A stretch of 52,767 nt of DNA, taken from positions 1 through 52,767 of IMG/VR virus record IMGVR_UViG_3300042881_001544. One strand, written 5' to 3'. Of this stretch, positions 19,993-29,730 are shown piece by piece; the first letter of the stretch is position 1; every line of letters starts with the position of its first letter. This stretch comes from a virus (taxonomy: Duplodnaviria > Caudoviricetes). A model generated the notes under the pieces. That model searched no databases and had not been told where the DNA came from. It was given only the letters and a program-made list of their open reading frames with translations. Position numbers and translations under genes: made by a program.

Positions 19993-21502
19993 TCTCGGTA
20001 GGTATGGTGATGTAATTGCTCTCCTGCCTGTTCTCAAAAAAGAGAACGATGAGAGTGGCGAGAAGCCAAGGCTAATTATATCCAAGGATTACTGCGACAT
20101 TCTAGATGGGGTGTCCTATGTTGATCCTGTGGTTTATGATGGGCCGTTTGATGATATATCTGGTGCGCTAAAGTTTGCTAAAGGCATTGATGAAAGCGTA
20201 ATCGCAAGTCAAGTTGTCGGGATTCCAGATGTTGTGGTAAGTCAAGTTTACGGAAAGAACCATTCCCCCAAGATTATTTGTGATAGCTTCCAACAGGATT
20301 TGTGGAGGCTTGCTGACAGGTTGGATCTCTGGCCCAAGCAACCCCCATTGGTGTTTGATAAAAGGAGCAAAAAGCGAGAAGCAAAACTTATCAAGTATAT
20401 CCCTACCTATAAACCTTGGGTGGTAATAAGTGCAGGAGGGTTTTCCTCTCCGTTCCCATATCGGGAACTTCTATTGGAGATAGTAACTCATTGCTTGAGG
20501 GATTTTCACATCGTTGATCTAGCCAAGGTCAAAGCAGAAAAGTTCTTTGATCTACTCGGAATCATGGATCATCCGAATACTGCGGCAATGATCCTGACTG
20601 ATAGTGGCCCATTACACCTCTCATATGCCACTAAAAAGCCTGTTCATGCGGTTGTGACAGATTCCCCCTCCCTCTGGCATGGGGCGGCATGGCGACCATT
20701 CTATGCGTCTTATACACGCTATCAGAACTTCCCAAGGGACATAACTAGGATACTAGATTTAATACGAAACCCCCCTGTAAAGCCTAAATTATCAAACATT
20801 ATCCACGTTTATCAGCGCACACCTTGGGCAACAGGAGAAGAAAAGCGCAGGAATCAAGTAGCCGCAAAGTCATGGGAGGGAATTGGGTGCGTGGATCTAG
20901 GATTGGATGACAATTGTTTTGTTAGATCATCTACTGAAATGGTTCCAGATGAGAACAAGCGCATTCCCATGATCAAGGATATGCTTCGGTTGGCTTGTGT
21001 CGGGAGGGATGATTCAGACGTATTGTTGCTGACCAATACGGATACTTGCATTGCTTCAAATGTTTTGGAAAGGCTTGTTGGAATACTTCCTGCTTTTGCA
21101 TATCGAAATGACTTTAAGAGGCTAGATACTCGTATTAAAGACGAGGATATATCCAAGGGAGACAAATATGCTGGGTGTGATTTCTTTGCCATGCGAGTAG
21201 GATGGTGGAGAAAGAACCATGAGTTGTTCCCTGATATGATCCTTGGTCGGCATTCATGGGATAGGATCATGAGAGAACTGATCAAATCAACTGGAGGAAG
21301 GGAGATAGAAAACCTTATCTATCACGAAAGGCATCCCTCTGGATGGGAAGATCCACAGAATATCAATCGTGACCCATCCAATTTAAGGAACTGCAAGCTG
21401 GCAAGGGAATGGTTACAGGAACGGAAGATGCCCTTGCTTGAAATAGAAGCCTTGAACTACGAGGGCAAGTTTAAGAAACCCTTGTTTAAGGCTTCCTCGT
21501 AA
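19973..21502 (+). CDS. Two-domain glycosyltransferase: GT9 (heptosyltransferase-like) plus GT-A-like domain
   Basis: GRYGDVIALLP and TDSGPLHL are GT9 motifs; C-terminal half has LLTNTD, GCDFF and YHERH. Confidence 0.75.
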   Translation: MAKTFLNLGRYGDVIALLPVLKKENDESGEKPRLIISKDYCDILDGVSYVDPVVYDGPFDDISGALKFAKGIDESVIASQVVGIPDVVVSQVYGKNHSPKIICDSFQQDLWRLADRLDLWPKQPPLVFDKRSKKREAKLIKYIPTYKPWVVISAGGFSSPFPYRELLLEIVTHCLRDFHIVDLAKVKAEKFFDLLGIMDHPNTAAMILTDSGPLHLSYATKKPVHAVVTDSPSLWHGAAWRPFYASYTRYQNFPRDITRILDLIRNPPVKPKLSNIIHVYQRTPWATGEEKRRNQVAAKSWEGIGCVDLGLDDNCFVRSSTEMVPDENKRIPMIKDMLRLACVGRDDSDVLLLTNTDTCIASNVLERLVGILPAFAYRNDFKRLDTRIKDEDISKGDKYAGCDFFAMRVGWWRKNHELFPDMILGRHSWDRIMRELIKSTGGREIENLIYHERHPSGWEDPQNINRDPSNLRNCKLAREWLQERKMPLLEIEALNYEGKFKKPLFKASS

Positions 21503-22157
21503 ATACGCAATCCCAATTCTGGTCGTAGTAACGGAAGATTTCCCTGTAATCCCAATCGGCAAGGTATTTCAGAATGTCGTCGCAAGTATATCCAAAGCTG
21601 GCTAGGGCATTAGGGTTAAACTCACAAACGATATGCTTGAGTGCAGGGTTGGATAGCAGTTCTTTCGCACCTTCTAGTATTGCTGGCTCAAATCCTTCAG
21701 CATCTAGCTTTAAGAAAATGGATTCATTATCTTTAATGAAGTTTTTATAATGCTGGTCTAGCTTGGCAGATATTCTATCTCCCCCCTCAAGGACTGGTCT
21801 TCCCCCCATGTTGCCCCCTTCTGAATGATATATTTGAACACTCCTTCCATCTCCTACTGGCGAGTGAATGGTTGTTGCCTCTGGACAATTGTGCCTTAAA
21901 CATTGAACGGCATCTCCTTGAGGTTCCCAAGCAAGAACTGAAAACCCTTTGTCTAGGAATATCCTAGATGTATCTCCAATGAATGCCCCGACATCAATGC
22001 ATAGCGTTTTTTTCGGCATAGCATTTAGTTCGGGCAAATCAATAAAGTCTTTATCGTATCCCAGCTTGCCAAACTTTTTAACTTGCATGGATATAGACTG
22101 ATCGTTTTTAAGCAACCAATAGCCTTTATATTCTTCTACAAAATCAGGAATACTCAT
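21486..22157 (-). CDS. FkbM-family SAM methyltransferase
   Basis: IDVGAFIG, WEP, KLDAEGFE..IL.GA. Confidence 0.9.
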   Translation of the reverse strand: MSIPDFVEEYKGYWLLKNDQSISMQVKKFGKLGYDKDFIDLPELNAMPKKTLCIDVGAFIGDTSRIFLDKGFSVLAWEPQGDAVQCLRHNCPEATTIHSPVGDGRSVQIYHSEGGNMGGRPVLEGGDRISAKLDQHYKNFIKDNESIFLKLDAEGFEPAILEGAKELLSNPALKHIVCEFNPNALASFGYTCDDILKYLADWDYREIFRYYDQNWDCVFTRKP

Positions 22158-22160
22158 GAA

Positions 22161-22379
22161 TTACAAATTAGCGGCATGACTAGCGCACCACAAACCATTT
22201 ATTCCGCATCCGTTTTTGCGTGAGCATTGCCAGTTTAGATTAGGTGTTCTTTGTTCATAGACAATCCAACCGCATTGGTTTGGATCATATGCTTGCCCTT
22301 TAGGGTTTTTGTAAGTCGTGCCGTATCGGTGCTTGAGCAATGCGGCTTTTGTCTTTGGTTGCTTACTCGTCGCTATCAT
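22161..22379 (-). CDS. Hypothetical protein with Cys/His motif
   Basis: ORF tiling; C..QCSRK..WC..H. Confidence 0.55.
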   Translation of the reverse strand: MIATSKQPKTKAALLKHRYGTTYKNPKGQAYDPNQCGWIVYEQRTPNLNWQCSRKNGCGINGLWCASHAANL

Positions 22380-22563
22380 TCTTTTCGATTATAACGTATG
22401 GTGTTACGGGTTGTTCCTGTTGCGGATAGACTGTGTAATAGCTACCAGCGTCTTGACCATCTGTTGCGGATAGGTTGGCAACATAATATGTTTGCATTGG
22501 TATAGGCTGAACTGGGGCAGTATGGAGACTTGCCGCAAATAATATGGATTGTAATTGGTTCAT
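22363..22563 (-). CDS. Hypothetical protein
   Basis: ORF tiling with overlaps. Confidence 0.5.
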   Translation of the reverse strand: MNQLQSILFAASLHTAPVQPIPMQTYYVANLSATDGQDAGSYYTVYPQQEQPVTPYVIIEKNDSDE

Positions 22564-22943
22564 TTGTCGGTTTGGTTGATTGCTTCCTTGATCTGGCTGT
22601 AGTTGTGGGAGTTCCAGTAGTTTTTCTCGGTCAGGATTAGAAGTTCGCTTAACAGGAGCTTCAGCCTCTCAACCTCGGCTTCTGCTTTCTCTGCTCGTTT
22701 GCAAGCGATTCTAAATTCGGTGTCTAGGAATGAATTGATGTCCTGCGATTGTAGCAAGTCGGATTCTGTTTTTAGGAGCTGGTGGTTTAACTTTGCGACC
22801 TCTGCCTGTGAGGCGGCGAGTTCTCGCTCTAGTTCTCTGGATAAAGCATAAGCGTCCTGATGCTTTTTCAGCAGTTCCTTTGGTTGTGGGGGGCAATGCC
22901 GAAACTCAATGGCATCAGTTCGTGGTGTGTCGGTGGTGGTCAT
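22560..22943 (-). CDS. Coiled-coil hypothetical protein (DTPRTDA family)
   Basis: DTPRTDA...RELEREL motif, common in phage proteins. Confidence 0.65.
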   Translation of the reverse strand: MTTTDTPRTDAIEFRHCPPQPKELLKKHQDAYALSRELERELAASQAEVAKLNHQLLKTESDLLQSQDINSFLDTEFRIACKRAEKAEAEVERLKLLLSELLILTEKNYWNSHNYSQIKEAINQTDK

Positions 22944-23248
22944 TTGTTTTTTTTGTTGTTGCTACTGCTCATGTGCCAAGCGGAACACTCATCGCAGAAA
23001 TATGATCGCAGGAAACTAGTCCCTCCGAATCCCTGCTTGAGTCTTTTTTTAATAGCGGCATCGCATCTTGATTCACTTGAGAAACATGACTTTCCACATA
23101 TGCCTTTAATGGGTTTCTCATTTCCTTGAATCATGCCTAATTCCAAAGCAGTTCGTTTGTCAATTGGTTCAATGTCGGGAGTCTCAAGCCCGATCTCATT
23201 TAGAATATGATCAATACAGGATTTCATTTCTTTTGCCATTTTTCCCAT
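22940..23248 (-). CDS. Hypothetical protein with Zn-finger-like motif
   Basis: CGK...RSYFCDECSAWH. Confidence 0.6.
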   Translation of the reverse strand: MGKMAKEMKSCIDHILNEIGLETPDIEPIDKRTALELGMIQGNEKPIKGICGKSCFSSESRCDAAIKKRLKQGFGGTSFLRSYFCDECSAWHMSSSNNKKNK

Positions 23249-23374
23249 TGTTCGGTTTCAATGAAGTAATCGCATCTATCCTCGCCTTCTTCTGGTTCAA
23301 ATGAGGAATACAATTGATAGAATGAAGCAGGGGCTAAATACCTCCAGCATTGTGTATGCGAGGGGCAATCCGTA

Positions 23375-23608
23375 TTATTGCATTTCGATATATCGGTCAT
23401 TGTCTTGGATTTCTTTTTTTAGATCACTCAAATCTTTGCAGGACTTACGAGCATCAGATGGTTTGTCCCATTGCATGATTCCATCGGCAATTGCTACTGC
23501 ACGATCTCGCTGGTCATTGGAACGATTTAGTTTCTCCTGCATCGTCATCTCTGGTTTGGATTGCTCCACAAGAAATGCTTCTACAAGTTGTTGGATGTTT
23601 TCGATCAT
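23375..23608 (-). CDS. Hypothetical protein
   Basis: ORF tiling. Confidence 0.55.
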   Translation of the reverse strand: MIENIQQLVEAFLVEQSKPEMTMQEKLNRSNDQRDRAVAIADGIMQWDKPSDARKSCKDLSDLKKEIQDNDRYIEMQ

Positions 23609-23823
23609 TTTAAAATAAAGTCGTGATCTTGTATTAATTGATAAAGGTGATCACGAGTTGCTTGAAGTGCTTCATCTGCTGTTTGGAATGTGTTTCCATG
23701 CTTTAACCAATTGCGTAGTTGGTGGTCTAGGTTCTGAATACAGTTTTTAAATGCCGATCCATTGATGGCATCGTAATGATCCTGTTCATCTATTGGTAAT
23801 TGAAACTCCAGTATCGCTTTCAT
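23605..23823 (-). CDS. Conserved phage hypothetical protein (MKAILEF.LP)
   Basis: Recognisable MKAILEFxLP...LRxxLKH pattern; ORF tiling. Confidence 0.65.
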   Translation of the reverse strand: MKAILEFQLPIDEQDHYDAINGSAFKNCIQNLDHQLRNWLKHGNTFQTADEALQATRDHLYQLIQDHDFILK

Positions 23824-24020
23824 TTTTCAATTGCGGCGTTGATTGCTTCGTTGATCTTTAGGGTTTTGCCTAAAGTGTTAAGTATCTGAATCTCGCTCAA
23901 GACCCCATCAAGGTAAGAGATTCGTTTATTGAGGAATCGGTTCTCCTGCATGATTTGATTCAAGAGGTTTTGAATCTCTGGATATTCGGGCCATTTGTCG
24001 GTGTTTATTTCTATGCTCAT
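23820..24020 (-). CDS. Hypothetical protein
   Basis: ORF tiling. Confidence 0.55.
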   Translation of the reverse strand: MSIEINTDKWPEYPEIQNLLNQIMQENRFLNKRISYLDGVLSEIQILNTLGKTLKINEAINAAIEK

Positions 24021-24028
24021 GTGCGTGG

Positions 24029-24523
24029 TTACTTTATGCTGTTAAGGTATTCTTGCTGGATGGATTTGGGCCAAGTGTTGAAGGGGAATGTATTCCAAGT
24101 TGGGTGAACCAACATGGATTCTGGATATACATAGCACCGCCAAACAAACGCTTCCTGCTCATTCACTCCAAGGCGTGAGGTGATGGTTGGTTTCTTGGCT
24201 TTTAAAGCCTCGTAATCCATGCCTTCATCCTCATATCTACCCTGATTCAACCATGTGCTAGGGTTGGGAATGAACTTGCCTCCATCCTTCTGCCAATCGG
24301 GAGAAGCAATGGATCTCTTTAGTGCAGGAAGAACACGCTCAATGGACAACTTCTTCCTCATCCATATTTCCTTGCAGTAAGGCTTTGCTGTCTTCTTCGG
24401 GTATGCTGACCAGAACGCCTCAAAGTCTTTGCTGGAGGCTTTCTTGGGGCTTATAGGGGCATCCTGTATATCGTAGGGACGATTGCAACAGGGGCAAATA
24501 TCTGCTTCTTGTATTGTATTCAT
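24029..24523 (-). CDS. Replication initiator C-terminal-like protein
   Basis: FEAFWSAYPKK...FIPNPSTWLNQGRYED motif; no N-terminal HTH evident. Confidence 0.7.
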   Translation of the reverse strand: MNTIQEADICPCCNRPYDIQDAPISPKKASSKDFEAFWSAYPKKTAKPYCKEIWMRKKLSIERVLPALKRSIASPDWQKDGGKFIPNPSTWLNQGRYEDEGMDYEALKAKKPTITSRLGVNEQEAFVWRCYVYPESMLVHPTWNTFPFNTWPKSIQQEYLNSIK

Positions 24524-24524
24524 T

Positions 24525-24866
24525 TTAAAACTCCTCGTATGACCATTGTTTCTTTTTGTATTGGACGGCAACAAACCTAAACCAAGGATGGTTTTCAGCG
24601 GCTACCTTGATCTTCACCCTGCCAGTTCCTTGCCAAAAACCTTTGACTTCATGGTATTCAATCGTGCCATCGGCATTGATAACAAAGAAGTCGGGTGTAT
24701 AGGTTGTCAGCTTGGCAAGTTTTAATGCCATAGCCTCAAACTGGTAGTGGTGAATCTCTCCTGCTTGTTTGCGTTGTTCTAGGAGGGCGGCATAGGCTTG
24801 CTCCGTTTTATTCATCTGTCCAGCAACACGCCTTGAGGTGTTGCCTTTGGCTCGGAATGTTCTCAT
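24525..24866 (-). CDS. DUF1064-like PD-(D/E)XK endonuclease
   Basis: MNKTE..Y, YTPDF, EVKG. Confidence 0.8.
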   Translation of the reverse strand: MRTFRAKGNTSRRVAGQMNKTEQAYAALLEQRKQAGEIHHYQFEAMALKLAKLTTYTPDFFVINADGTIEYHEVKGFWQGTGRVKIKVAAENHPWFRFVAVQYKKKQWSYEEF

Positions 24867-25252
24867 ATAGAAATTATCATTTCTTCAACTGCCAACTTCC
24901 CTTTTTCTGTGATGCGTGAAATCAGATTGCTTTTACCAAAATCGGAAAGCCTTGTTTCTCCTGTTTCCTCAATTAGTCCAAGAAATCTTAATTCACCGCA
25001 ACGCTTCCGATAACAAGCCATTTTCTGGTATAGACCAGTTATTTTTCCAGCTTCCTCATCGGTAAGTTCTCCATTCTTTTTATATGCCAAGAGAAGTTCA
25101 GCCTTCTGGCTTCCCCACCTAATCTTGTCATCTTTAGTTACGGCTAACTTCGATGTAACGGGATCGCTATTTCTGGCATAACCCGTCCACTCTGGAGTTG
25201 GATTTCCCTCTTGGTTATTATAAGAAAAATCAAAGTCGAATTGGTCACTCAT
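24863..25252 (-). CDS. Winged-helix DNA-binding protein
   Basis: ARNSDPVTS, LTDEE, KRCGELRFLGLI. Confidence 0.6.
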   Translation of the reverse strand: MSDQFDFDFSYNNQEGNPTPEWTGYARNSDPVTSKLAVTKDDKIRWGSQKAELLLAYKKNGELTDEEAGKITGLYQKMACYRKRCGELRFLGLIEETGETRLSDFGKSNLISRITEKGKLAVEEMIISI

Positions 25253-25457
25253 TCCAGTTGGGGAAGTTGATTTTTCCTTTGTCATCAATGCCTACGCAAT
25301 AAAGGTTGGAGAAAGAACGCTTTACTGATCTTGCTCCTGCATCGAATGCTTCCTTTACCCTGTCATCTAGCGATGGAATGCTATTATCAGGGTTGAGATA
25401 ACGGATATGCTCTCCGCTCAAATAATCTTCAGCTTCCTTTGAGTGTTTCATTTGCAA
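25245..25457 (-). CDS. Hypothetical protein
   Basis: ORF tiling. Confidence 0.5.
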   Translation of the reverse strand: MQMKHSKEAEDYLSGEHIRYLNPDNSIPSLDDRVKEAFDAGARSVKRSFSNLYCVGIDDKGKINFPNWNE

Positions 25458-25672
25458 AGGAAATAAGCCCCGAATCCAATTGATACGATCAGAAGGGCAA
25501 ACAGCACTCGCATGACTGCCTTTAGATCATTGATGTTCTCCTCAAGTTCAAGGAGTTCGGAATGATGCTTCCTGACCATCTCTAGGATATGCTCTGATTC
25601 CCGAAAGTGGAAATCAATCCTTGAGGCGATCTCGTTGATTTTGTCGGATGTGGTTGGTTTTCTCAATTTCAT
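25448..25672 (-). CDS. Small membrane protein
   Basis: Coiled coil and C-terminal TM segment. Confidence 0.55.
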   Translation of the reverse strand: MKLRKPTTSDKINEIASRIDFHFRESEHILEMVRKHHSELLELEENINDLKAVMRVLFALLIVSIGFGAYFLCK

Positions 25673-25705
25673 GGTGCGTGGTTGCTGGTGTTGGGTTTGG
25701 GTTAA

Positions 25706-26023
25706 TTAAAACGGAATGTCATCGTAGTCATCTGCTGGTGCTGGCTTTGGTGCAGGAGACTTAAATGCGGTCTTCAGCTTTGGGACAAAGCCAGAAGGCT
25801 TCTTCACTTTGTAGTTTCCAAGGATGGGTTGCTTCTTCCCTGCATCCCTAGATGCCTTTGAAAGAGATTGCTTGATCACTCCGTCATTGCCGTACTGGTC
25901 GGGAACTTCTGCTCCTGTCTCGTCCGTATTCGCATACATAACGATGTCGAGGTAGGTTCCCTTCTCGCCTTCGTAAAGCTCGGTCTTGTCGATCTTCTTA
26001 ACGTCTATCTTTGCGGTTATCAT
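25706..26023 (-). CDS. Single-stranded DNA-binding protein-like
   Basis: C-terminal DDYDDIPF tail; GTYLDI and PILGN motifs; sits in the recombination module. Confidence 0.65.
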   Translation of the reverse strand: MITAKIDVKKIDKTELYEGEKGTYLDIVMYANTDETGAEVPDQYGNDGVIKQSLSKASRDAGKKQPILGNYKVKKPSGFVPKLKTAFKSPAPKPAPADDYDDIPF

Positions 26024-26238
26024 GGTTGTGCTGTTTGGTTGTTGGGTTCTTGGTTTTCTATGAATCCCTCGGATTTGAGGTAATAGAAAAGTTTATCTAA
26101 TTGTTTAGGTGTTACTCTGCGGTTGTCCCCTGCAAATGCGGTGTAATGATTTCCGTTCCACATAATGACCCACTCCCTGCCTTGGAACATGATCCACATT
26201 GCCCTTGCATCGTCGGGATTTGCATCGTTATTTGTCAC
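26020..26238 (-). CDS. Hypothetical protein (GTG start)
   Basis: 3' part of track ORF 26020-26484; overlaps the exonuclease stop. Confidence 0.5.
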   Translation of the reverse strand: MTNNDANPDDARAMWIMFQGREWVIMWNGNHYTAFAGDNRRVTPKQLDKLFYYLKSEGFIENQEPNNQTAQP

Positions 26239-27298
26239 GGGAGATGGATGGTTCGCCTTCTTTTGTTTCGATGAGCCAACCAAGTTCGGAGTCAAGAACG
26301 GATTTGGCATCCTTCGCCTTAATGCCCTTTGCCTTTGCAACTGCCTTTTCGAGTGCCGTGATGCTAACCCTTGTGCAAGCCAGAAAGTCATCTGGTTTAA
26401 GAATACTAGAAAGCGCAGAACAAGCGGCGGTTGCATCGGGGACACTTCTGGATGTTCTTCCTTTTGTGAGCGAAAGTCCAGCAATTTGCGCTCCCGAAAG
26501 CAACCTTGCCTTCAATTCTTTGCGGATTCCAGCAATGAAATCCTCAACGATTTCAGCCTTGGCATCAAGGGAGGCGAGTTCCTCATTGGACAGGGTTGAA
26601 ATGGCTACACTAGATGCAACTTGAAGGTGTGTCTGTGCGGTTTGAGCCTGATTGTAGGCATCGGGGCAAATGTTCTTTGCCCTGCACCATTTGCAAGTAT
26701 TCGGGCTAGGATTGCGTGGAGCATTCGGGTCTTCAGATGCGGCTACAATCCCAAGGATCTCCGTTGTTGCGGCCTCCAGTTCCTCCTCATTGTACTCGGC
26801 AATGGTTGTGCCTCCTGCAAGCGGTTGGATGATTGAAACGTAGATGGTCTTGAGCGCAGGGTAGTGGTGTTTGACTAGCACCGCATAAGCCTTTAGTTGC
26901 TGGTTTTCGCTAGCCTTCCCTTGTGCTGTTCTTCCTGTCTTGTAGTCGGTTACAACGGCAATGTCCCCAAAGATGTCGATACGATCAATGGCTCCAGAGA
27001 ATGAATCATTATACCAGAAGCGTTGCTCTAGGATTTCTTGTGTGCGTTGTCCAAGATCAAGTTGAGCAATGAGGTGGGTAAAACCAGATAGGCACAAAGT
27101 TGCGATTTCTTGCCCCTCTTCAGTTAGCTCCTCATACTCCTTTGTTCCAGCTAGGACGGCATGAACATCCGTTCCTAGTTGCATATACTGATTTGGTTCT
27201 TGTTCTGGAAGTGTCTTTTCCAGATTCCAAGATCCTGCACAATCAGAAAGTCGGCTCATGCCGCTTGCTGAAGGTTTTCCGTTTCGCTCGTCAGTCAT
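26228..27298 (-). CDS. Cas4-like PD-(D/E)XK exonuclease (DUF2800-like)
   Basis: SAS...C, GTDVH, GAIDRI, DYKTG, QLKAY, CKWC..K..CP. Confidence 0.85.
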   Translation of the reverse strand: MTDERNGKPSASGMSRLSDCAGSWNLEKTLPEQEPNQYMQLGTDVHAVLAGTKEYEELTEEGQEIATLCLSGFTHLIAQLDLGQRTQEILEQRFWYNDSFSGAIDRIDIFGDIAVVTDYKTGRTAQGKASENQQLKAYAVLVKHHYPALKTIYVSIIQPLAGGTTIAEYNEEELEAATTEILGIVAASEDPNAPRNPSPNTCKWCRAKNICPDAYNQAQTAQTHLQVASSVAISTLSNEELASLDAKAEIVEDFIAGIRKELKARLLSGAQIAGLSLTKGRTSRSVPDATAACSALSSILKPDDFLACTRVSITALEKAVAKAKGIKAKDAKSVLDSELGWLIETKEGEPSISRDK

Positions 27299-27299
27299 A

Positions 27300-27620
27300 T
27301 TATTTAATAATGATATTGCAAGAATCCGTAATGATATTGATTCCATTCTTTTCAACGTCGCTTTGCGTTAGTTGACGAATGTATTTTAAGTTTGTTTGGT
27401 ATAAGAATGAGGATATTTCTTTCTTGCTTAATGCTTTATCCTCTTTCTTTCTGCTTATTCCAAGCTGATAAGCCTCGGCAACGGCATTTTCAAAGATCCA
27501 ATGCCTAGCAAAAAGTGGATGTTCATTTTTGTATTCAGAAAATGCACGACGAACAATGTCGAGGCACTCCTCATTCATGCCAACATCTGGTTTTCTTGTC
27601 ATTTGCTTTGTGGTTGTCAT
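27300..27620 (-). CDS. Hypothetical protein
   Basis: ORF tiling. Confidence 0.5.
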   Translation of the reverse strand: MTTTKQMTRKPDVGMNEECLDIVRRAFSEYKNEHPLFARHWIFENAVAEAYQLGISRKKEDKALSKKEISSFLYQTNLKYIRQLTQSDVEKNGINIITDSCNIIIK

Positions 27621-27625
27621 ATTAA

Positions 27626-27814
27626 TTACCTGCTAGAATTATCATTTTTAATTATTTGATTCATTCTTTGACCATATATAAGAATTTGAGAAATAATATG
27701 TCCAATTCCCAATGCTAGTTGTTCTTCTTTACAAGATGAATCATTTCCATGCCTTTTTAGGTGAAAATTAACTCCATCTTCCTCTTCTGTAATTATAATC
27801 TCTATAGTTTGCAT
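27626..27814 (-). CDS. Hypothetical protein
   Basis: ORF tiling. Confidence 0.5.
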   Translation of the reverse strand: MQTIEIIITEEEDGVNFHLKRHGNDSSCKEEQLALGIGHIISQILIYGQRMNQIIKNDNSSR

Positions 27815-28638
27815 TACAGGATTGGCTTAAAGGATTTTACATCATCCCATTTCTCAATGAGTCGGGCGATGATGGCATCGGGGATCAGGGGATTGCCATC
27901 CTTGTCGGCGAGTTTGCTATCCTTGGTAATGCCCTTAACCTTCTTCGCCACTAGGAAGTGGATAATGTGGGCATCGGCAATCTCATCACTCCACATCAGG
28001 CTCTGAAGGAAGCTGATGGGATTGGTTGGAAGTTCCTTGGGTGCTTCTGGCGTATCTTCAACAATCTCGGCAACGATTGTCTCTGGCTCTTCTTCCTGCT
28101 TGATTACAGGCTTTTCAATGCGAATCTCCTTGGGTGCATTAAACTCGGCAACCTCTTCTGGCACATACATACCGCTGGTTGCCATCGGACAAGTGGTTCT
28201 GATGCCTTCGCTCACTACCCTGCTACGGAGCATTTGTCTTGGGAACTTGCGGAACATATCCCTGCCAGCAAGTCCTGCTGTCGTTGCTCGTTCCATGTCC
28301 CAAGTGATGCGAACCTTGCCTCCTTGTGGGTGCGAGAAGGTGGCATCGGCAATGTCATTGGTCAGGTTGTGCCATTCAACCGATCCTCCTGACTGAAGGA
28401 AGTCTCGGAGCATTGCCTCGCTCTTCTTTGAAGGTCGGCCTTGGATAATATCATAATCCCTAGCGGCTAGGGCAGGGTGACGACCCTCTGCAATGGAGAT
28501 GAGCATCAGGGACATTGCGGCTTCGGGAGTCTTAATCCCGAATAGCCCCGATTTCGCAACGGCTAATGCCATTTGCTGAATCTCTGCCATTGGTATCATC
28601 GGGAGTTGACTTGTGGTTGCTAACGTGGTTGTATTCAT
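27814..28638 (-). CDS. RecT/Bet-like single-strand annealing protein
   Basis: AKSGLF, IIQGRPS, KFPRQMLRSR, GMYVPEE; paired with the exonuclease. Confidence 0.8.
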   Translation of the reverse strand: MNTTTLATTSQLPMIPMAEIQQMALAVAKSGLFGIKTPEAAMSLMLISIAEGRHPALAARDYDIIQGRPSKKSEAMLRDFLQSGGSVEWHNLTNDIADATFSHPQGGKVRITWDMERATTAGLAGRDMFRKFPRQMLRSRVVSEGIRTTCPMATSGMYVPEEVAEFNAPKEIRIEKPVIKQEEEPETIVAEIVEDTPEAPKELPTNPISFLQSLMWSDEIADAHIIHFLVAKKVKGITKDSKLADKDGNPLIPDAIIARLIEKWDDVKSFKPIL

Positions 28639-28669
28639 TCGTGGTTCGTGCGTGGTTGCTTGATCCCAA

Positions 28670-28710
28670 ACTCCCTAGCCTTTATTCATGGGGCTAGGGA
28701 GTCCTTTTTT
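28670..28710. terminator. Stem-loop ACTCCCTAGCC...GGCTAGGGAGT with T tract
   Basis: 11-bp perfect inverted repeat followed by a T run on +; intergenic. Confidence 0.5.
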
Positions 28711-28714
28711 GGGG

Positions 28715-28927
28715 TTACTTGGTTTTGTTTTTGGAACGTGGTTTACGCCCCTTAACTTCTGGAGTGGTTGCTTCGGCTTTGATCTTCGCCTTCTTCCCTG
28801 CTGACATTTTGCGAGTGTCGATCAGGGTTTTGTTTTTTGCTGGCGTGGTCTGCATCTTGTTGCGGATTGCGTCCATTACGGCTTTAAGCATCGGTCTTGT
28901 CGGCTGGGGTTGCGTGAACAAGGGCAT
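28715..28927 (-). CDS. Lys-rich basic hypothetical protein
   Basis: ORF track; composition. Confidence 0.55.
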   Translation of the reverse strand: MPLFTQPQPTRPMLKAVMDAIRNKMQTTPAKNKTLIDTRKMSAGKKAKIKAEATTPEVKGRKPRSKNKTK

Positions 28928-29035
28928 GGATTTCGAGGAGAAGCTCCTGCGAAATGTGTCCTAGTTTATTTGCGATCTCTTGAGCGAGATTATTCAGTTC
29001 TGCTAGTGTCATTGTGTTTTGGTGTTTTGGTTTGG

Positions 29036-29296
29036 TTACTTGCATTTCCAAGCTCGGAGAGACTTGTTGATGCGAGAGTCTGGATCTCGTGCGGTCTTTG
29101 CGCTGGTGAGTTTAGCCTTCATCCCTTTCATCCTAGCGCAAAAACTAGCCTTGCGTCCTGCATCGGCTTTAGTCTTTGGGTTAGGTGCAGGGGGCTTTAG
29201 GTTGCCTCCAGTCGCCTTGTTATAGGATGCCCTTCCCTTGGCATTCAAGCCCCCCTTGGGGTTCTTGCCTTCCTTCCTTGTCCATGCTTCGCTCAT
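29036..29296 (-). CDS. DUF6321-like basic phage protein
   Basis: AWTRKEGKNPKGGLNAKGRASY...SFCARM...SLRAWKC. Confidence 0.8.
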   Translation of the reverse strand: MSEAWTRKEGKNPKGGLNAKGRASYNKATGGNLKPPAPNPKTKADAGRKASFCARMKGMKAKLTSAKTARDPDSRINKSLRAWKCK

Positions 29297-29360
29297 CGGA
29301 AGATTAAGGCTAGGGTCACGAGTGCGGTGGAGAGAATGAATGTAGCAATAAATCGTGCGC

Positions 29361-29561
29361 TCATGCGGTGGCAAAGTGCTTTTCAAATACCATCACGGCA
29401 TACTGACTCATGCTCCTGCGCTCGGCTTTGGATGCCTCGGCAACCTTTGCCTTTAGGGTCTTTGGAAAGTAAAGGCCAAGGAAGCAATTATCTGCTTTCG
29501 AGGTGGGCTTTGAGGTGGTTTCAGTTGGTTCGGTTATTTCGGGTGTATCGGTGGTTGTCAT
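29361..29561 (-). CDS. Ribbon-helix-helix (Arc-like) regulator
   Basis: LGLYFPKTLKAKVAEASKAERRSMSQY pattern. Confidence 0.7.
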   Translation of the reverse strand: MTTTDTPEITEPTETTSKPTSKADNCFLGLYFPKTLKAKVAEASKAERRSMSQYAVMVFEKHFATA

Positions 29562-29584
29562 GGATCAATGGTTAAAGTGAAGTG

Positions 29585-29616
29585 CCATCCTTGCACCTGT
29601 TAAAAGGTAGTGCAAG
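29585..29616 (-). promoter_or_regulatory. Promoter/operator upstream of the RHH gene
   Basis: TTGCAC -35-like hexamer after an A-tract, inside the inverted repeat CTTGCAC-N13-GTGCAAG. Confidence 0.45.
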
Positions 29617-29730
29617 TTTATTTTTTTATATTTTTTCTGAATTTTGGGTTTCCGATCAATCCCCTATCTGCCAACCTTTGAAGGAAGATCCAAACGTAGG
29701 GGATACAGGGTTTGTGGTGGAGTTTCGTGG

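Noticed and set aside
26228-27298. cas4 as part of a CRISPR-Cas system
   Set aside because: It is a stand-alone Cas4-like exonuclease in a RecT/SSB module; there are no other cas genes and no array
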